This document shows, in pieces, positions 19,732-29,872 of a DNA stretch of 64,000 nt. Source of the stretch: Candidatus Latescibacterota bacterium (lineage in GTDB: Bacteria; Latescibacterota; UBA2968; GCA-2709665); contig CBDDDZ010000004.1 of NCBI GenBank assembly GCA_965226795.1, positions 256,001-320,000 on the forward strand, given 5' to 3'. The notes under the pieces are model-generated. The model had not been told where the DNA came from and ran no database searches. It saw only the letters and a list, made by a program, of their open reading frames with translations. Numbering within the stretch: position 1 is the stretch's first letter; every line of letters begins with the position of its first letter. Position numbers and translations under genes: made by a program.

Positions 19732-22161
19732 TTACAACATCGATACAGGGTCTATGTCCACGTCCAGGGTCACGGCTGCGCGGCGATTTCGGCCGAATTC
19801 GCGTATGGCCCTGCGGGCGAGGACGTTCAGGTTTCTGGATGAGGGCGTTTTGAGAATGACCTGCCACCGATAGCTCCTGCGGATTCGGGAAATCGGCGCC
19901 TGTGCGGGTCCCATAACGTCAACGTGCGGCAATGCAATTGCGCGCAGGGCCTCGGCGCACAATCCGGCGGTACGGGCGACATCATTTTCATGCCGGCCTT
20001 TGAAGAGAAGCAGGGCCATCCGTCCGAAAGGAGGATAGAGTACGCTGCGTCGTCCCTCGAGTTCAAATTCAGCGAATTTCTGAAAGTCGTGTTTCCGTGC
20101 GCACCGCACGGCTTCCCCCTCCGGCAGGTGGGTCTGTATGACGACCTCGCCGGGAGAATGCCCGCGCCCGGCCCGGCCGCTTACCTGTGTAAGCAACTGG
20201 AAAGTGCGTTCTCCCGCTCTGAAGTCCGGCAGATGTATGCCGGTATCGGCCGAAATGACGCCGACCAGGGTAACGTCGGGGAAGTCCAGGCCTTTGGCCA
20301 CCATTTGCGTTCCCAGCAAAACATCCGCCTGGCCCAACCTGAAGGATTCGAGGATACGCTCGTGCGCCCCTTTTCTACGGGTCGAATCGACGTCCATGCG
20401 GAGCAGGCGCAAGTCAGGGAATTGTTCCTTCAGGGCCTCCTCCACCCGTTGGGTGCCCACACCCAACAGCCGGAGGTTGGGTCCCTCGCAGGCGCGGCAT
20501 ACGGAAGGGGCCGAGGTAGCGAAGGCGCAATAGTGGCACACCATCCGCCGGCCCGGGGCATGGTAGGTGAGCGTGACCTGGCAATTCGGGCATTGTACAC
20601 TCCCGCCGCAATCCTGACATTGTACAAAGGGAGCGTACCCTCTGCGGTTTTGCAGCAGGATGACCCGCTCCCGTCTTTCGAGGCGGTCCCTGAGTTTTTC
20701 CCGCAAAACCCGTGAAAAAAGGCCGCCGCCTTCTTTTCTCATATCCACAAGGGTGACAGTGGGCAGGGGGCGGGCGTCGATCCGTTCCGGTAGCGAAAGC
20801 AGATGGAATTTGTCGGTTTCGACGTTGTGATAGGACTCAAGCGCCGGCGTTGCCGAGCCCAGAATGATTGGGATATCTTCCATTTTCGCCCGCATCACCG
20901 CAACATCCCGGGCGTTGTACCGCGGTGCCGGATCCGACTGTTTGTAGGCGCCATCGTGCTCCTCGTCCACAATGATCAGACCCAGGCTCGATACCGGTGC
21001 AAAGACGGCGGAACGAGCGCCGATGACAATGGTGCGCCGGCCCTCGCGGACGTCCCGCCAGGCATCGTAGCGTTCGCTTTCCGACAGGGCGCTGTGGATG
21101 ACGGCGACCCGGTTGCCGAAATGGGATCTGAAGCGGCGCACCGTTTGAGGGGTGAGAGAGATCTCGGGTACCAGAATCAGTGCGCCCAGGCCGGCCTTCA
21201 GAATCCGATCGACCGCCTGAATGTAAACCAGCGTTTTGCCGCTCCCGGTAACCCCGTGCAGGAGAAAGGGACTGAATCTGGTGGGATTGAACGAACACTC
21301 GATTTCCTCCAACGCTTTCTGCTGATGCGCGGTGGGCGTCAGCTGCTCGGGAGGAACGGGTTCCACTTCGGCGTATGGGTCCCTCCGGACTTCGCGCTGG
21401 TAAATCCGAACCAGTCGGCGATCCGCCAGCGCCCTGAGGACGCCGGGCCCAATCCCCGCGCAGCGGAGTGCCGCCGCCGGCATGGTGCCGCCGCAATCCC
21501 GAAGGCGCCTGAGACACTCCGCCTGTCGGGGTGCCCTGCGCTCCAGTGCGGGCCATTCAAGTTCGAACCACCGCGCATCGGGCACCAGCAGAACCATACG
21601 CTCCTGCCTGGGCTTGACTCGGGGGTCTTCAATGACCTGACAGGTTGTAAGCATACCCCTTCGAATCAGTCCGTAGACGGCACTGCGGACCTCGTTCCCG
21701 CGCATGCGATGCTGAAGTTGGCGGAGGCTGGCCGGGCCCCCCGTTTGCAGGTGGTCGAGCACCTTTTGCTGAAAGGCGGTAATCGGACCTCGACCAGCGC
21801 CGTTGAGGGTATTAACGTCTATGCGCTGTCCGCTATGCGTGTGAATGCCGGCGGGAAGCGCGGCCGTGAGGACTTCGGACAGGGTGCAGACATAATAGCC
21901 CGCCATCCAGCGACAGAGGTCGAGGACGTTTGGTAAGACGACGGGATAGGAATCGAGCAGTATACCGATTGACTTGACATTGTCCAGATCGGTCCGGTCT
22001 TGAAAACCGACGACAATGCCGGTCGTCCAACGGGGCCCCAGAGGAACGAGCGCCCTGCTTCCGACGTGAGTTTGATGCTTGAGGTCGTCGGGAACCAGAT
22101 AGGTCATTTCCCGGTCTATTGGCGTGGCGAGGGGGACAATTTGCGCGTAGTTGGAATCCAT
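19732..22161 (-). CDS. priA: Primosomal protein N'
   Basis: LHGVTGSGKT, LVPEISLTPQ, DEEHD, four CxxC, GTQMVAKGLDFP, QVSGRAGR, DIDP end. Confidence 0.97.
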   Translation of the reverse strand: MDSNYAQIVPLATPIDREMTYLVPDDLKHQTHVGSRALVPLGPRWTTGIVVGFQDRTDLDNVKSIGILLDSYPVVLPNVLDLCRWMAGYYVCTLSEVLTAALPAGIHTHSGQRIDVNTLNGAGRGPITAFQQKVLDHLQTGGPASLRQLQHRMRGNEVRSAVYGLIRRGMLTTCQVIEDPRVKPRQERMVLLVPDARWFELEWPALERRAPRQAECLRRLRDCGGTMPAAALRCAGIGPGVLRALADRRLVRIYQREVRRDPYAEVEPVPPEQLTPTAHQQKALEEIECSFNPTRFSPFLLHGVTGSGKTLVYIQAVDRILKAGLGALILVPEISLTPQTVRRFRSHFGNRVAVIHSALSESERYDAWRDVREGRRTIVIGARSAVFAPVSSLGLIIVDEEHDGAYKQSDPAPRYNARDVAVMRAKMEDIPIILGSATPALESYHNVETDKFHLLSLPERIDARPLPTVTLVDMRKEGGGLFSRVLREKLRDRLERRERVILLQNRRGYAPFVQCQDCGGSVQCPNCQVTLTYHAPGRRMVCHYCAFATSAPSVCRACEGPNLRLLGVGTQRVEEALKEQFPDLRLLRMDVDSTRRKGAHERILESFRLGQADVLLGTQMVAKGLDFPDVTLVGVISADTGIHLPDFRAGERTFQLLTQVSGRAGRGHSPGEVVIQTHLPEGEAVRCARKHDFQKFAEFELEGRRSVLYPPFGRMALLLFKGRHENDVARTAGLCAEALRAIALPHVDVMGPAQAPISRIRRSYRWQVILKTPSSRNLNVLARRAIREFGRNRRAAVTLDVDIDPVSML

Positions 22162-22167
22162 TTCGGA

Positions 22168-23106
22168 TTAACGCACGGGTGGTGGCGGCGCCACAGATTC
22201 AATCTCTTCAACCCAGATATTGGCTCGGGAGATGAACAGGCGGTGTTTCCGGCCGTGTTTTGTGGGGACGGAAACAGGCCTGTCCTGCAGAGAGAGGGAG
22301 ACGGCGGTGGGGTCTAAAATTTCCACGCGGAACCGCTCGCGGGCGGTCCACTGCCGCTGTGTTCCGGAAAGCAGCCGGTTTTCAATGGTTGAATCGCCGT
22401 CGCTGGAAACATGTACCCGCGTATCCAGCAGTGCACGAACGGTCAGGACTAACTCGTCTTCCCAAATGTCTGAGTACTGCTGCGGAAGCGAATAGGAAGA
22501 CACCACACGCTCGATCGGCGGCAAATTCCCCGAATTGTCCGGTTCCTGGGGGGCGGTATGGAGGGATTCGGAGGGCGCTATCGCTGCCGCGTTCCGGCCT
22601 GCGGGCTCATCCGGGATCGCCTCAGGTTCCGACGTTGTTGAAGTCTCCGGGCCGGATGTCGTAGATCGACTTACGTCTCCCGGCATCGGCGCTTCCGTCT
22701 CTACTGGCGCCGGCGGCGTCGAATCACGCCGGAGAATCACGACAGCGATAAAAACGACCAGTGTCAGTACACATAGAATCGCCAGGATGGGACCCCACGA
22801 CAGTGACCGGTCTCGTTTCGGCCGTACGGCGATCTGGGGGGATTCCGAGTGGGGCCTGGTTTTGTCATATTTGTCCAGGGTCTCCTCGACGTCGAGGCCG
22901 ACTTCCTGCGCGTACTTTTTGAGAAAGAGGCGAACATAGATATCCGGAAGGACGTCGAAGTTGCCGGTTTCGATGGCGCGGAGGTAATCCGGGTTGATCC
23001 GCGTACGTTCGAACAGTTCTTCCAGGGACATGCCGCTGGTTTCACGTTGAACCCGTAACTCCGATGCAAATTCTCGCATTAACGGCTCCGAAATCAGTCG
23101 TTCCAA
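22168..23106 (-). CDS. RodZ-like HTH/TM/DUF4115 protein
   Basis: N-terminal HTH (TRINPDYLRAIETG...YVRLFLKKYA), single TM, Pro-rich linker, beta-rich C-terminus. Confidence 0.8.
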   Translation of the reverse strand: MERLISEPLMREFASELRVQRETSGMSLEELFERTRINPDYLRAIETGNFDVLPDIYVRLFLKKYAQEVGLDVEETLDKYDKTRPHSESPQIAVRPKRDRSLSWGPILAILCVLTLVVFIAVVILRRDSTPPAPVETEAPMPGDVSRSTTSGPETSTTSEPEAIPDEPAGRNAAAIAPSESLHTAPQEPDNSGNLPPIERVVSSYSLPQQYSDIWEDELVLTVRALLDTRVHVSSDGDSTIENRLLSGTQRQWTARERFRVEILDPTAVSLSLQDRPVSVPTKHGRKHRLFISRANIWVEEIESVAPPPPVR

Positions 23107-23699
23107 TGCCCGGAGGCAAACTGCAACGGCGACTCGCCCACCATACGTTCGAGGAGTGAGCAGAAGAGCGAGAGCGGTAACCCCACAACATTGTAAAAAC
23201 AGCCTGAGATGGAATGAACGAACGCGGCTGCCCTTCCCTGAACCGCATACGCACCCGCTTTATCCATGGGTTCCCCGGTCTTCACATAGAGTTGGATTTC
23301 TTCCGGTTTGAGCGGTCTCATTGCAACGTCCGTCACGGCCACGTCCCGGAGAGAACGCCCGGACTCCGTATCGATCAACGTCAGGCCGGTATAAACGCGG
23401 TGAGTCTTTCCCGAGAGTCTGGACAGCATTTGAATCGCCTCATATTCACCGGCCGGCTTTTCGAGAATGTCGCCCTCCAGAACAACGACGGTATCTGCGC
23501 CCAGAACAAGCGCCCGGCGGAAGCTGGCAGCGACCGCCCGCGCCTTGCGGGAAGAGATTACACGGACGTAGTCGGCGGGTGGAATCGATCTGTCCAGGGT
23601 TTCCGAAACATGGCTCGGCACAACGTCAAAGGACATGCCGAGCAGATGCAGCAGGTCGGACCGCCTCGGTGATGCGGAGGCCAGGATGAGTTTTTTCAT
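23094..23699 (-). CDS. maf: Maf-family nucleotide pyrophosphatase
   Basis: LILASASPRR, GADTVV, ILEKP, EPMDKAGAY, NVVGLP. Confidence 0.95.
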   Translation of the reverse strand: MKKLILASASPRRSDLLHLLGMSFDVVPSHVSETLDRSIPPADYVRVISSRKARAVAASFRRALVLGADTVVVLEGDILEKPAGEYEAIQMLSRLSGKTHRVYTGLTLIDTESGRSLRDVAVTDVAMRPLKPEEIQLYVKTGEPMDKAGAYAVQGRAAAFVHSISGCFYNVVGLPLSLFCSLLERMVGESPLQFASGHWND

Positions 23700-23755
23700 G
23701 GTGGGAATGGTAAGCCCGGTACGACTGCGCGGCGATAAAATCCCGTATTCCGCCA

Positions 23756-24193
23756 CTATGTCTCAACCATCAGGGTAACCGGGCCATCGTTGTGTATTTC
23801 AACGTGCATGTTGGCGCCGAACTGTCCCGTGCGTACGGATACACCCTGGTTGCGCAACGCATCCACGAATTCGTTATAATGGGCCTCGGCCATCCCGGGG
23901 GGAGCCGCGCTGGAGTAGCCGGGACGACGCCCCTTTCGGGTATCGCCATAGAGCGTGAACTGTGAGACAACCAGGGCCTGCCCTCCGATGTCAACGAGGG
24001 AACGATTCATCTTGCCCTGCTCGTCTCCAAAGATCCGAAGGTGGATGCATTTGCCGGCCACGTACTGGATGTCTGCGGGTGTGTCCTGCCGGCCTACGCC
24101 CAGAAGAATCAGCATTCCCCGGCCGATTTCGGCGATGAGTTGTCCGTTGATGTACACCGCGGAACGGCTGACCCGTTGTACAAGCGCTCGCAC
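23756..24193 (-). CDS. dtd: D-aminoacyl-tRNA deacylase
   Basis: MRALVQRV, VSQFTL, KGRRP, NDGPVT. Confidence 0.97.
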   Translation of the reverse strand: MRALVQRVSRSAVYINGQLIAEIGRGMLILLGVGRQDTPADIQYVAGKCIHLRIFGDEQGKMNRSLVDIGGQALVVSQFTLYGDTRKGRRPGYSSAAPPGMAEAHYNEFVDALRNQGVSVRTGQFGANMHVEIHNDGPVTLMVET

Positions 24194-24388
24194 CCTGGTT
24201 CCTGGAATTCAAAAAACGCCACCAAAGGCGGGTTGCGGTGGAAAAATAGCGGCATTAGGCACAAAACGGCATTCAAATAGGTAATTTAGCCGATTCGCGA
24301 GGGCGAGGCAAGGGAAAGAACAGGCGGCGGGATTTGGAACCGGACTCGGGGATGGAAAGGCGGGTATTCCGACGCTTTCCGGCTGTTC

Positions 24389-26761
24389 TCAAAGCCCGAA
24401 ACCACCCCGGCGATGTTCCAGTTTGATCTGGGGGAAGTCTTTGATATTGAGTTTGAAATGGAAGCCTTTGTTGAAGCCGGTGGGATACCAGCTGAACGTG
24501 GCCTGCCAGCAATGCAAGTCTCTGTAGACGTATAGCGTCTGGGAGATTAGCCGGGTGTTTACCAGATCGAAGTTTACGGAATAGTTGAAGCGCCATGCGC
24601 GCGTGGGATTCAATGCCAGGTCCGCTTTCACCCAGGAACGCCTGGTCGAACCGGAGCCCGTGGTGAAAGACTCCCGATGGCTGAAATAGTGGCCCAGGTT
24701 GAAATGCCAGGGCTGTGTGGCGTCGCCAAAGTCGCGGTAGACGTCGTCTTCAAAATTAAAACCGGTACCCTCGGCGGGCAGCATGGACCCACGGTATTGG
24801 AGCCGATCGGATCGGCCTTCGGTGCGGCCGCTGAAGCGGAGGCTGGTGTTGACCGTGAGGCTGCGCAGATGAGGACGATACAGATTCAGACGGTCCAGCG
24901 CGTCGTAGAACGTGTGGGTCATGTTGAGACGAACGTCTATCCGACGGGCCGGCTTTATCGAGGCTGAAGTGCGAAGGTCACGCCATTTGCGCGTCGGATT
25001 GGTGTCGAAGTCGTATCCGGTAGAGAAACTCGCAGTGGCGAAAGTGGATCGCCGTACTTTGCCGTCTACCTCGGTTTTGATTTCGATCGTGTTGTTAAGG
25101 CGCAAATTGAGTGCGCGCCTGGGGTCGTTCCAGTCACGGCGGCCGTGGAAGCCCAGGGTGGCGCCATCGACCGTTGCGTTCTGGTAATACCTGAAGTCTA
25201 TCTGCGGCTGGAACCGGTGGCGGATTCCCCTCAGCCGTCCGACTTGAGGCTGAAAGATGCCATAGAGCGCGTTTCCGGCGGCGAGACTGACGTTGTAGGA
25301 TTCACGGCGCGTGCGCGCGTCCCGGCTCAGGCGTGAGGAGGTCTGACTGATGTTGAATCGGTGGGTGAGATCCAGCAAGCCGAAGGGACGGTGCTGGCTA
25401 CTGACGCCCAAGCGGGAGTTAAGGGTCAGATTGTGGGTGTTGTCGGCCCGATCCTCGTTGCGTGTGAAAGCGTTCGACAAGCCGCCGGAAACGTCGTAAT
25501 AGAACGCGTGGTACCAGAGGGCTTCCCGGTTCGATTCGGGTTGACCCAAAATGCGTCGTCTGCCCTGGCGGAACGAGAGGCGGGGGAATCCCTGGAACCG
25601 GTTCTGATTCTGATCGAGGTCCCGGTAGTAGTTGAGATTGAGATCCATGCTTCGCCGGGCTTCCGTCCAGCGCTTGTCAATGGAAAAAGATGACCGGAGT
25701 TGCCGGTTCAGGTATCGATAGAGGTTGTTCGCATTGTGAAGGTCGAAGCTGGAACTGTTCGTGAAATCTCCCCTGGCCCTCATGTTGAGTGTGGGGTTCA
25801 GCCGATGCTGATGGTGGAAGTTCAAACGCCAGTCGCGGCGGGAATCGCCCGAAGGCTGTCGCTCACGTTCATAGGAGAGATTCATATACCCGCTGAGTCG
25901 TTTGCGCACGGCGTAGTCGATGCCTGCGTCAACGAGAAAACCATTACGTTCCCGCAGGGCTGTCCTGAGCGTGGCATCCCAGTAGTCGCTGGGCGCCCAA
26001 TAGTATCCGATGTTGCTTACGTTAACGCCGTCGCGGCTATTGCTGCCGATTCGGGGGGTCAGAATGCCGGAGCGCCTGCCCTGCGTGAGCGGAAAAACGT
26101 AAAACGGGAGCCACAACAGCGGGACCGGACCGACGCGAAACGTCACGGAGCGGGCGATGGCCTTGTCGTTCTCCACGACCTTTAGCGCCTGGCATAGAAA
26201 GTCGTAATGGGTGTGGTCCCTGTCACATGAGGACATGGAAATCGTACGGGCGTGAAGTTCACGTTGTTGATCGAGGAGGATCTGCTCGCCCCTGTAATAT
26301 CGCCTCCCGTGACGCGCCCGGCCACCCCGTACACGGCCACGGCCGGTTTCGAGGTTGTAGACCATTGACGATCCGGTAAACCGCTCTGCACCGCGGATAA
26401 ACTCAGGCATACCAATGGTTTTCCTGCCGGTGGAGTCCGGAAGCGCCTCGGCCTCCAGACGCTGTACCTCCCGGTGAAGAACGATGCGTCCCGCGCGCAG
26501 TTCCACATCTTGATATTTGAGGACGACGTTTCCCGTGAAGACGACGCGCCCTGTTGCGATATCGTCCACGACCCGGTCGGCCGCATATTCGTAAAGCAAG
26601 GAATCCAGCGCCGCCGCCACCTGACGGACGGGAAGCGGGCCGGGTTCCAACTGCGCGAAAGCCGCATCGCCCGGAAATAACACCAGGAAGAATAGCGCGC
26701 TGGAGGCGAGATGGATCGCCTTCCGGTGAACGGTTGCCGGTTTTACCTTTAGCTTGGTCAT
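24389..26761 (-). CDS. lptD: LptD-like LPS assembly outer-membrane protein
   Basis: N-terminal OstA-like jellyroll, SSCD..HY, RRSGILTP, GYYWA.SDYWD, RDLHCW; start uncertain (26761 or 26887). Confidence 0.8.
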   Translation of the reverse strand: MTKLKVKPATVHRKAIHLASSALFFLVLFPGDAAFAQLEPGPLPVRQVAAALDSLLYEYAADRVVDDIATGRVVFTGNVVLKYQDVELRAGRIVLHREVQRLEAEALPDSTGRKTIGMPEFIRGAERFTGSSMVYNLETGRGRVRGGRARHGRRYYRGEQILLDQQRELHARTISMSSCDRDHTHYDFLCQALKVVENDKAIARSVTFRVGPVPLLWLPFYVFPLTQGRRSGILTPRIGSNSRDGVNVSNIGYYWAPSDYWDATLRTALRERNGFLVDAGIDYAVRKRLSGYMNLSYERERQPSGDSRRDWRLNFHHQHRLNPTLNMRARGDFTNSSSFDLHNANNLYRYLNRQLRSSFSIDKRWTEARRSMDLNLNYYRDLDQNQNRFQGFPRLSFRQGRRRILGQPESNREALWYHAFYYDVSGGLSNAFTRNEDRADNTHNLTLNSRLGVSSQHRPFGLLDLTHRFNISQTSSRLSRDARTRRESYNVSLAAGNALYGIFQPQVGRLRGIRHRFQPQIDFRYYQNATVDGATLGFHGRRDWNDPRRALNLRLNNTIEIKTEVDGKVRRSTFATASFSTGYDFDTNPTRKWRDLRTSASIKPARRIDVRLNMTHTFYDALDRLNLYRPHLRSLTVNTSLRFSGRTEGRSDRLQYRGSMLPAEGTGFNFEDDVYRDFGDATQPWHFNLGHYFSHRESFTTGSGSTRRSWVKADLALNPTRAWRFNYSVNFDLVNTRLISQTLYVYRDLHCWQATFSWYPTGFNKGFHFKLNIKDFPQIKLEHRRGGFGL

Positions 26762-26943
26762 ATGTCTGCGGTGCAGCCTGCTGCCGCGTATGATCGCCAG
26801 GAATCCGGCAGAGAAAAGCAACGGCGCATCATTTGAAGGATCGACGGACGCCCGTTTCACGCATCTAAGGCCGGTCCCGGTATTCACATCTCCAGGCGCT
26901 CCGCACGGGGACAGCCCCCATGTTCAGGAAAAGACAATAGCAG

Positions 26944-26973
26944 TTGACTTTTTTATGTTTTTCGCGTTATTAT
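26944..26973 (+). promoter_or_regulatory. Sigma70-like promoter for tRNA-Leu
   Basis: TTGACT-N18-TATTAT about 85 nt upstream of the tRNA. Confidence 0.5.
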
Positions 26974-27056
26974 AGGCGCCGTCTCTGGCGCGCTGCATGG
27001 GTTGGAAACGACGTGCATACTTGAAATTCGCGTGATTTTAATTCATTGTAATTGAA

Positions 27057-27142
27057 GCGGAAGTGGTGGAATTGGCAGACACGTCAGATTTAGGATCTGG
27101 TGGGCATTGCCCGTGGGGGTTCGAGTCCCCCCTTCCGCACCA
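27057..27142 (+). tRNA. tRNA-Leu (anticodon TAG)
   Basis: GCGGAAG/CTTCCGC acceptor stem, TGGCAGAC D-loop, anticodon loop TTTAGGA, long variable arm, GTTCGAGTC T-loop, encoded CCA. Confidence 0.96.
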
Positions 27143-27325
27143 ACGTTGAAGCCCGTCGGCGGGCTCCGAAAATCCGGGCCGTGCGCTGCCTTTTTTCTGG
27201 CGCACGGCTTTCCTTTTGTACCAGCAATAGACAAACCTGCCGGCGGTCGATTACCTAATGAATATTCCGTTTTTCGGCAGGTGAGTCAAGGCGAATTCCG
27301 GTAATATGAACCCCAGGGAGCGACA

Positions 27326-28606
27326 ATGGAGCAGCTCGCGTTCTTGACCGAGGGAAAAATTCGAGAGATCAGGCGCCGGTTTGGCACGCCCGTCTTCGTC
27401 TACGACCAGGAGACATTGGAAGCCCGCGCCAGGGACCTGTTGGATTTCCCCAACGCGCATGGATTGACCGCCCGGTACGCGATGAAGGCGTTACCCACGG
27501 CGGCTGTTGTACGAATTCTGAACCAGGCCGGGCTGCACATCGATGCCAGCAGCGGATACGAGGCGGAGCGGGCCATACGGGCCGGCGTGCCTCCGGAACA
27601 GATCCAGCTCACGGCTCAGCGAACGCCCCGAAATCTGGAGAACCTGGTGAGACAGGGAGTCATATTCAATGCCTGTTCGCTGCAGCAACTGCGGAACTAT
27701 GGCGAACTGTTTCCGGGTCGTTCCCTAACCGTACGAATCAACCCCGGTCTCGGGTCGGGTCACAGCAAAAGGACCAACGTGGGTGGACCATCCGCCAGTT
27801 TCGGGATCTGGCACGAATATCTGGATGAGGTGCTGGCCATTGCAAAGGCTTGCAATTTAAAGATTTCGAGTATGCATACCCACATCGGTTCGGGCAGCGA
27901 TCCTGAGGTCTGGGAACACTGCGCGTTGATTTCGCTGCGCATGGCTGCCCGGCTGCCCGAGGTGAAGGTGCTCAGCCTGGGAGGCGGGTTTAAAGTGGGG
28001 CGTATGGCGGGGGAGGCGTCTACCGACCTGAAGCGGATCGGACTGCATGTGCAGGAAGCGTTCCGAGCCTTTGGGAGCGAACATGGGCGCGGACTTCGGC
28101 TGGAGGTGGAACCGGGCACGTTTCTGGTGGCCAATGCAGGCGTGCTGATCTGTTCGGTGATCGATTGTGTCGATACCGGCAAGGACGGCTACGATTTCCT
28201 GAAAGTGGACGCCGGTATGACGGAGGTATTACGCATCAGCCTTTACGGTGGACAGCATCCGATCGTGTCCGTGCCCGTACGGCCGGAGGTGCGGCGACCG
28301 CGGGAATATCTTATTGCCGGCCACTGCTGTGAGAGCGGGGATGTGCTGACGCCGGCGCCGGGCGATCCGGAGGGATTGAGGCCCCGGCTGCTTGCCGAGG
28401 CGAGAATCGGCGATCTTCTGGCGGTGGGCGGGGCCGGCGCGTACTGTTCCGGCATGGCCTCCAAGAATTATAATTCGTTTCCCGAGGCCGCCGAGGTTCT
28501 ACAGGCCGCGGACGGCACGCTGCACCTGATTCGGAAACGGCAGACGCTGGAACAGATTACGGCAAACGAGGTAATGCCGGATTTTCTGGATGCCAGGCCC
28601 GTGTAA
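27326..28606 (+). CDS. lysA: Diaminopimelate decarboxylase
   Basis: FGTPVFVYD, YAMKA (PLP Lys), HTHIGSG, LGGG, EPG, CCESGD, GAYC...NYN. Confidence 0.92.
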   Translation: MEQLAFLTEGKIREIRRRFGTPVFVYDQETLEARARDLLDFPNAHGLTARYAMKALPTAAVVRILNQAGLHIDASSGYEAERAIRAGVPPEQIQLTAQRTPRNLENLVRQGVIFNACSLQQLRNYGELFPGRSLTVRINPGLGSGHSKRTNVGGPSASFGIWHEYLDEVLAIAKACNLKISSMHTHIGSGSDPEVWEHCALISLRMAARLPEVKVLSLGGGFKVGRMAGEASTDLKRIGLHVQEAFRAFGSEHGRGLRLEVEPGTFLVANAGVLICSVIDCVDTGKDGYDFLKVDAGMTEVLRISLYGGQHPIVSVPVRPEVRRPREYLIAGHCCESGDVLTPAPGDPEGLRPRLLAEARIGDLLAVGGAGAYCSGMASKNYNSFPEAAEVLQAADGTLHLIRKRQTLEQITANEVMPDFLDARPV

Positions 28607-28654
28607 TCCTGACGACGTACGTTGAGCAGAGGGCAACCGGGCGTCGGCGTGCGA

Positions 28655-29440
28655 CTATCCGCTCTCGCCCATCAGATATTCCCAGCACTGACGTCGGATG
28701 GCGCGCTCCTTATAATGGTCACTCTGAGATACACCGAGTGGATTGCCAAATGTCAGTACATTGTTTGCATCCCCTGCCTCATCACGCAGGTTCCAATCCC
28801 GTTCGCCGTAAAGGGCGTCGGGATCGTGGTTCCACGTGGGACGGGTGTTGTCTTCCGTGCGGCGAAAGAGGAATTTAATCATGTGGCGTTTGGCCCCGGA
28901 ACGGTTGGCAGCGGTGCCGTGCCAGAGATCGTAATGGGTGAAAGCCAAGGTGCCCGCATTGACCGTAAGGGGGATCTGTCCGCGGATGTTGGTATAGGTG
29001 GCCATGCGGTCTGTAGGCGCGTTGCGGAAATGGGTACCGGGTACAATCACCGTCGGGCCCATGTCTCCTGTTACGTCGCGTGGATAGTAGAGGCCCAGAA
29101 CGCGGTTGAGACGGATGTCCCGGTTGTTGGTGCTGTCCTGGTGCCACTGCATGTGACCTGACCCCGGCTGTTTGCAATGCCAGTGGCGGTGGGACTGAAC
29201 TTCGTACCCCAGGCCGAGCAGGCTGATGAGGACGCCCCTTACATCCGGGTGGTCCAGAACCTGCCAGAATTCCGGCACGGTATCGGTGACGGCGTCGCCG
29301 GGGTTCCGGTCCAATGCGTCCAGTTGCCGGGCGATGCGCTCGTTTAACCCATCTGGCAGGTCGGGTCGCACGATATGGTAGCCCGTGACGATGAACTGCG
29401 ATACCTCGAGGTCGATGAGCAGGTGACAATTACGTGTCAT
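28655..29440 (-). CDS. Phytanoyl-CoA dioxygenase (PhyH)-family Fe(II)/2OG enzyme
   Basis: WHQD, GPTVIVPGTH, LWHG..AN....R. Confidence 0.85.
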   Translation of the reverse strand: MTRNCHLLIDLEVSQFIVTGYHIVRPDLPDGLNERIARQLDALDRNPGDAVTDTVPEFWQVLDHPDVRGVLISLLGLGYEVQSHRHWHCKQPGSGHMQWHQDSTNNRDIRLNRVLGLYYPRDVTGDMGPTVIVPGTHFRNAPTDRMATYTNIRGQIPLTVNAGTLAFTHYDLWHGTAANRSGAKRHMIKFLFRRTEDNTRPTWNHDPDALYGERDWNLRDEAGDANNVLTFGNPLGVSQSDHYKERAIRRQCWEYLMGESG

Positions 29441-29735
29441 GGACGACCTCTATTTTTTGCAGGATGAATTCATAGCCCACCACGTCCAGATTGGTATCGT
29501 CATAAGGCGCCTGGAGGTGCGGGAATTGCACGATCTGCCAGCCGTCTACCAGAGCGTCATGTACGGTCTGGTAGGGCCATTCCTCTTCACCGGCGGTGAT
29601 TTCAGCCTGGTAACCCCGGACCGGTTCGATCAGCGTGAAACCCAGAATGGTCGAAAAGACGCTGGGGGTCCGGGCGTGCAGGTAAAGCAGGCGCTGTCGT
29701 GGCAGCGTAGATGGACTGAATGTTGCGATTTCCAT
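29430..29735 (-). CDS. Small hypothetical protein (101 aa) coupled to the PhyH gene
   Basis: GAGGAG RBS before ATG 29735; QRLLYLH...YQTVHDALVDGWQIVQFP...GYEFILQK; overlaps PhyH start. Confidence 0.7.
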   Translation of the reverse strand: MEIATFSPSTLPRQRLLYLHARTPSVFSTILGFTLIEPVRGYQAEITAGEEEWPYQTVHDALVDGWQIVQFPHLQAPYDDTNLDVVGYEFILQKIEVVHDT

Positions 29736-29872
29736 GTGCGTCGCGCTCCTCTGAGAGGACTCCGCACCCTTTCCTCGTCCAACCTTCGTTTGGACAATCT
29801 GCCTCCAAAACAGCTGCATAACCCCATTGGCTCTTGCCCTGAACGGATGGAACCTGCTGTCCGCGTTTCGTA

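Noticed and set aside
27057..27142. tRNA-Leu as an integration site
   Set aside because: No integrase nearby, I found no duplicated tRNA 3' end in the window, and lysA follows directly.
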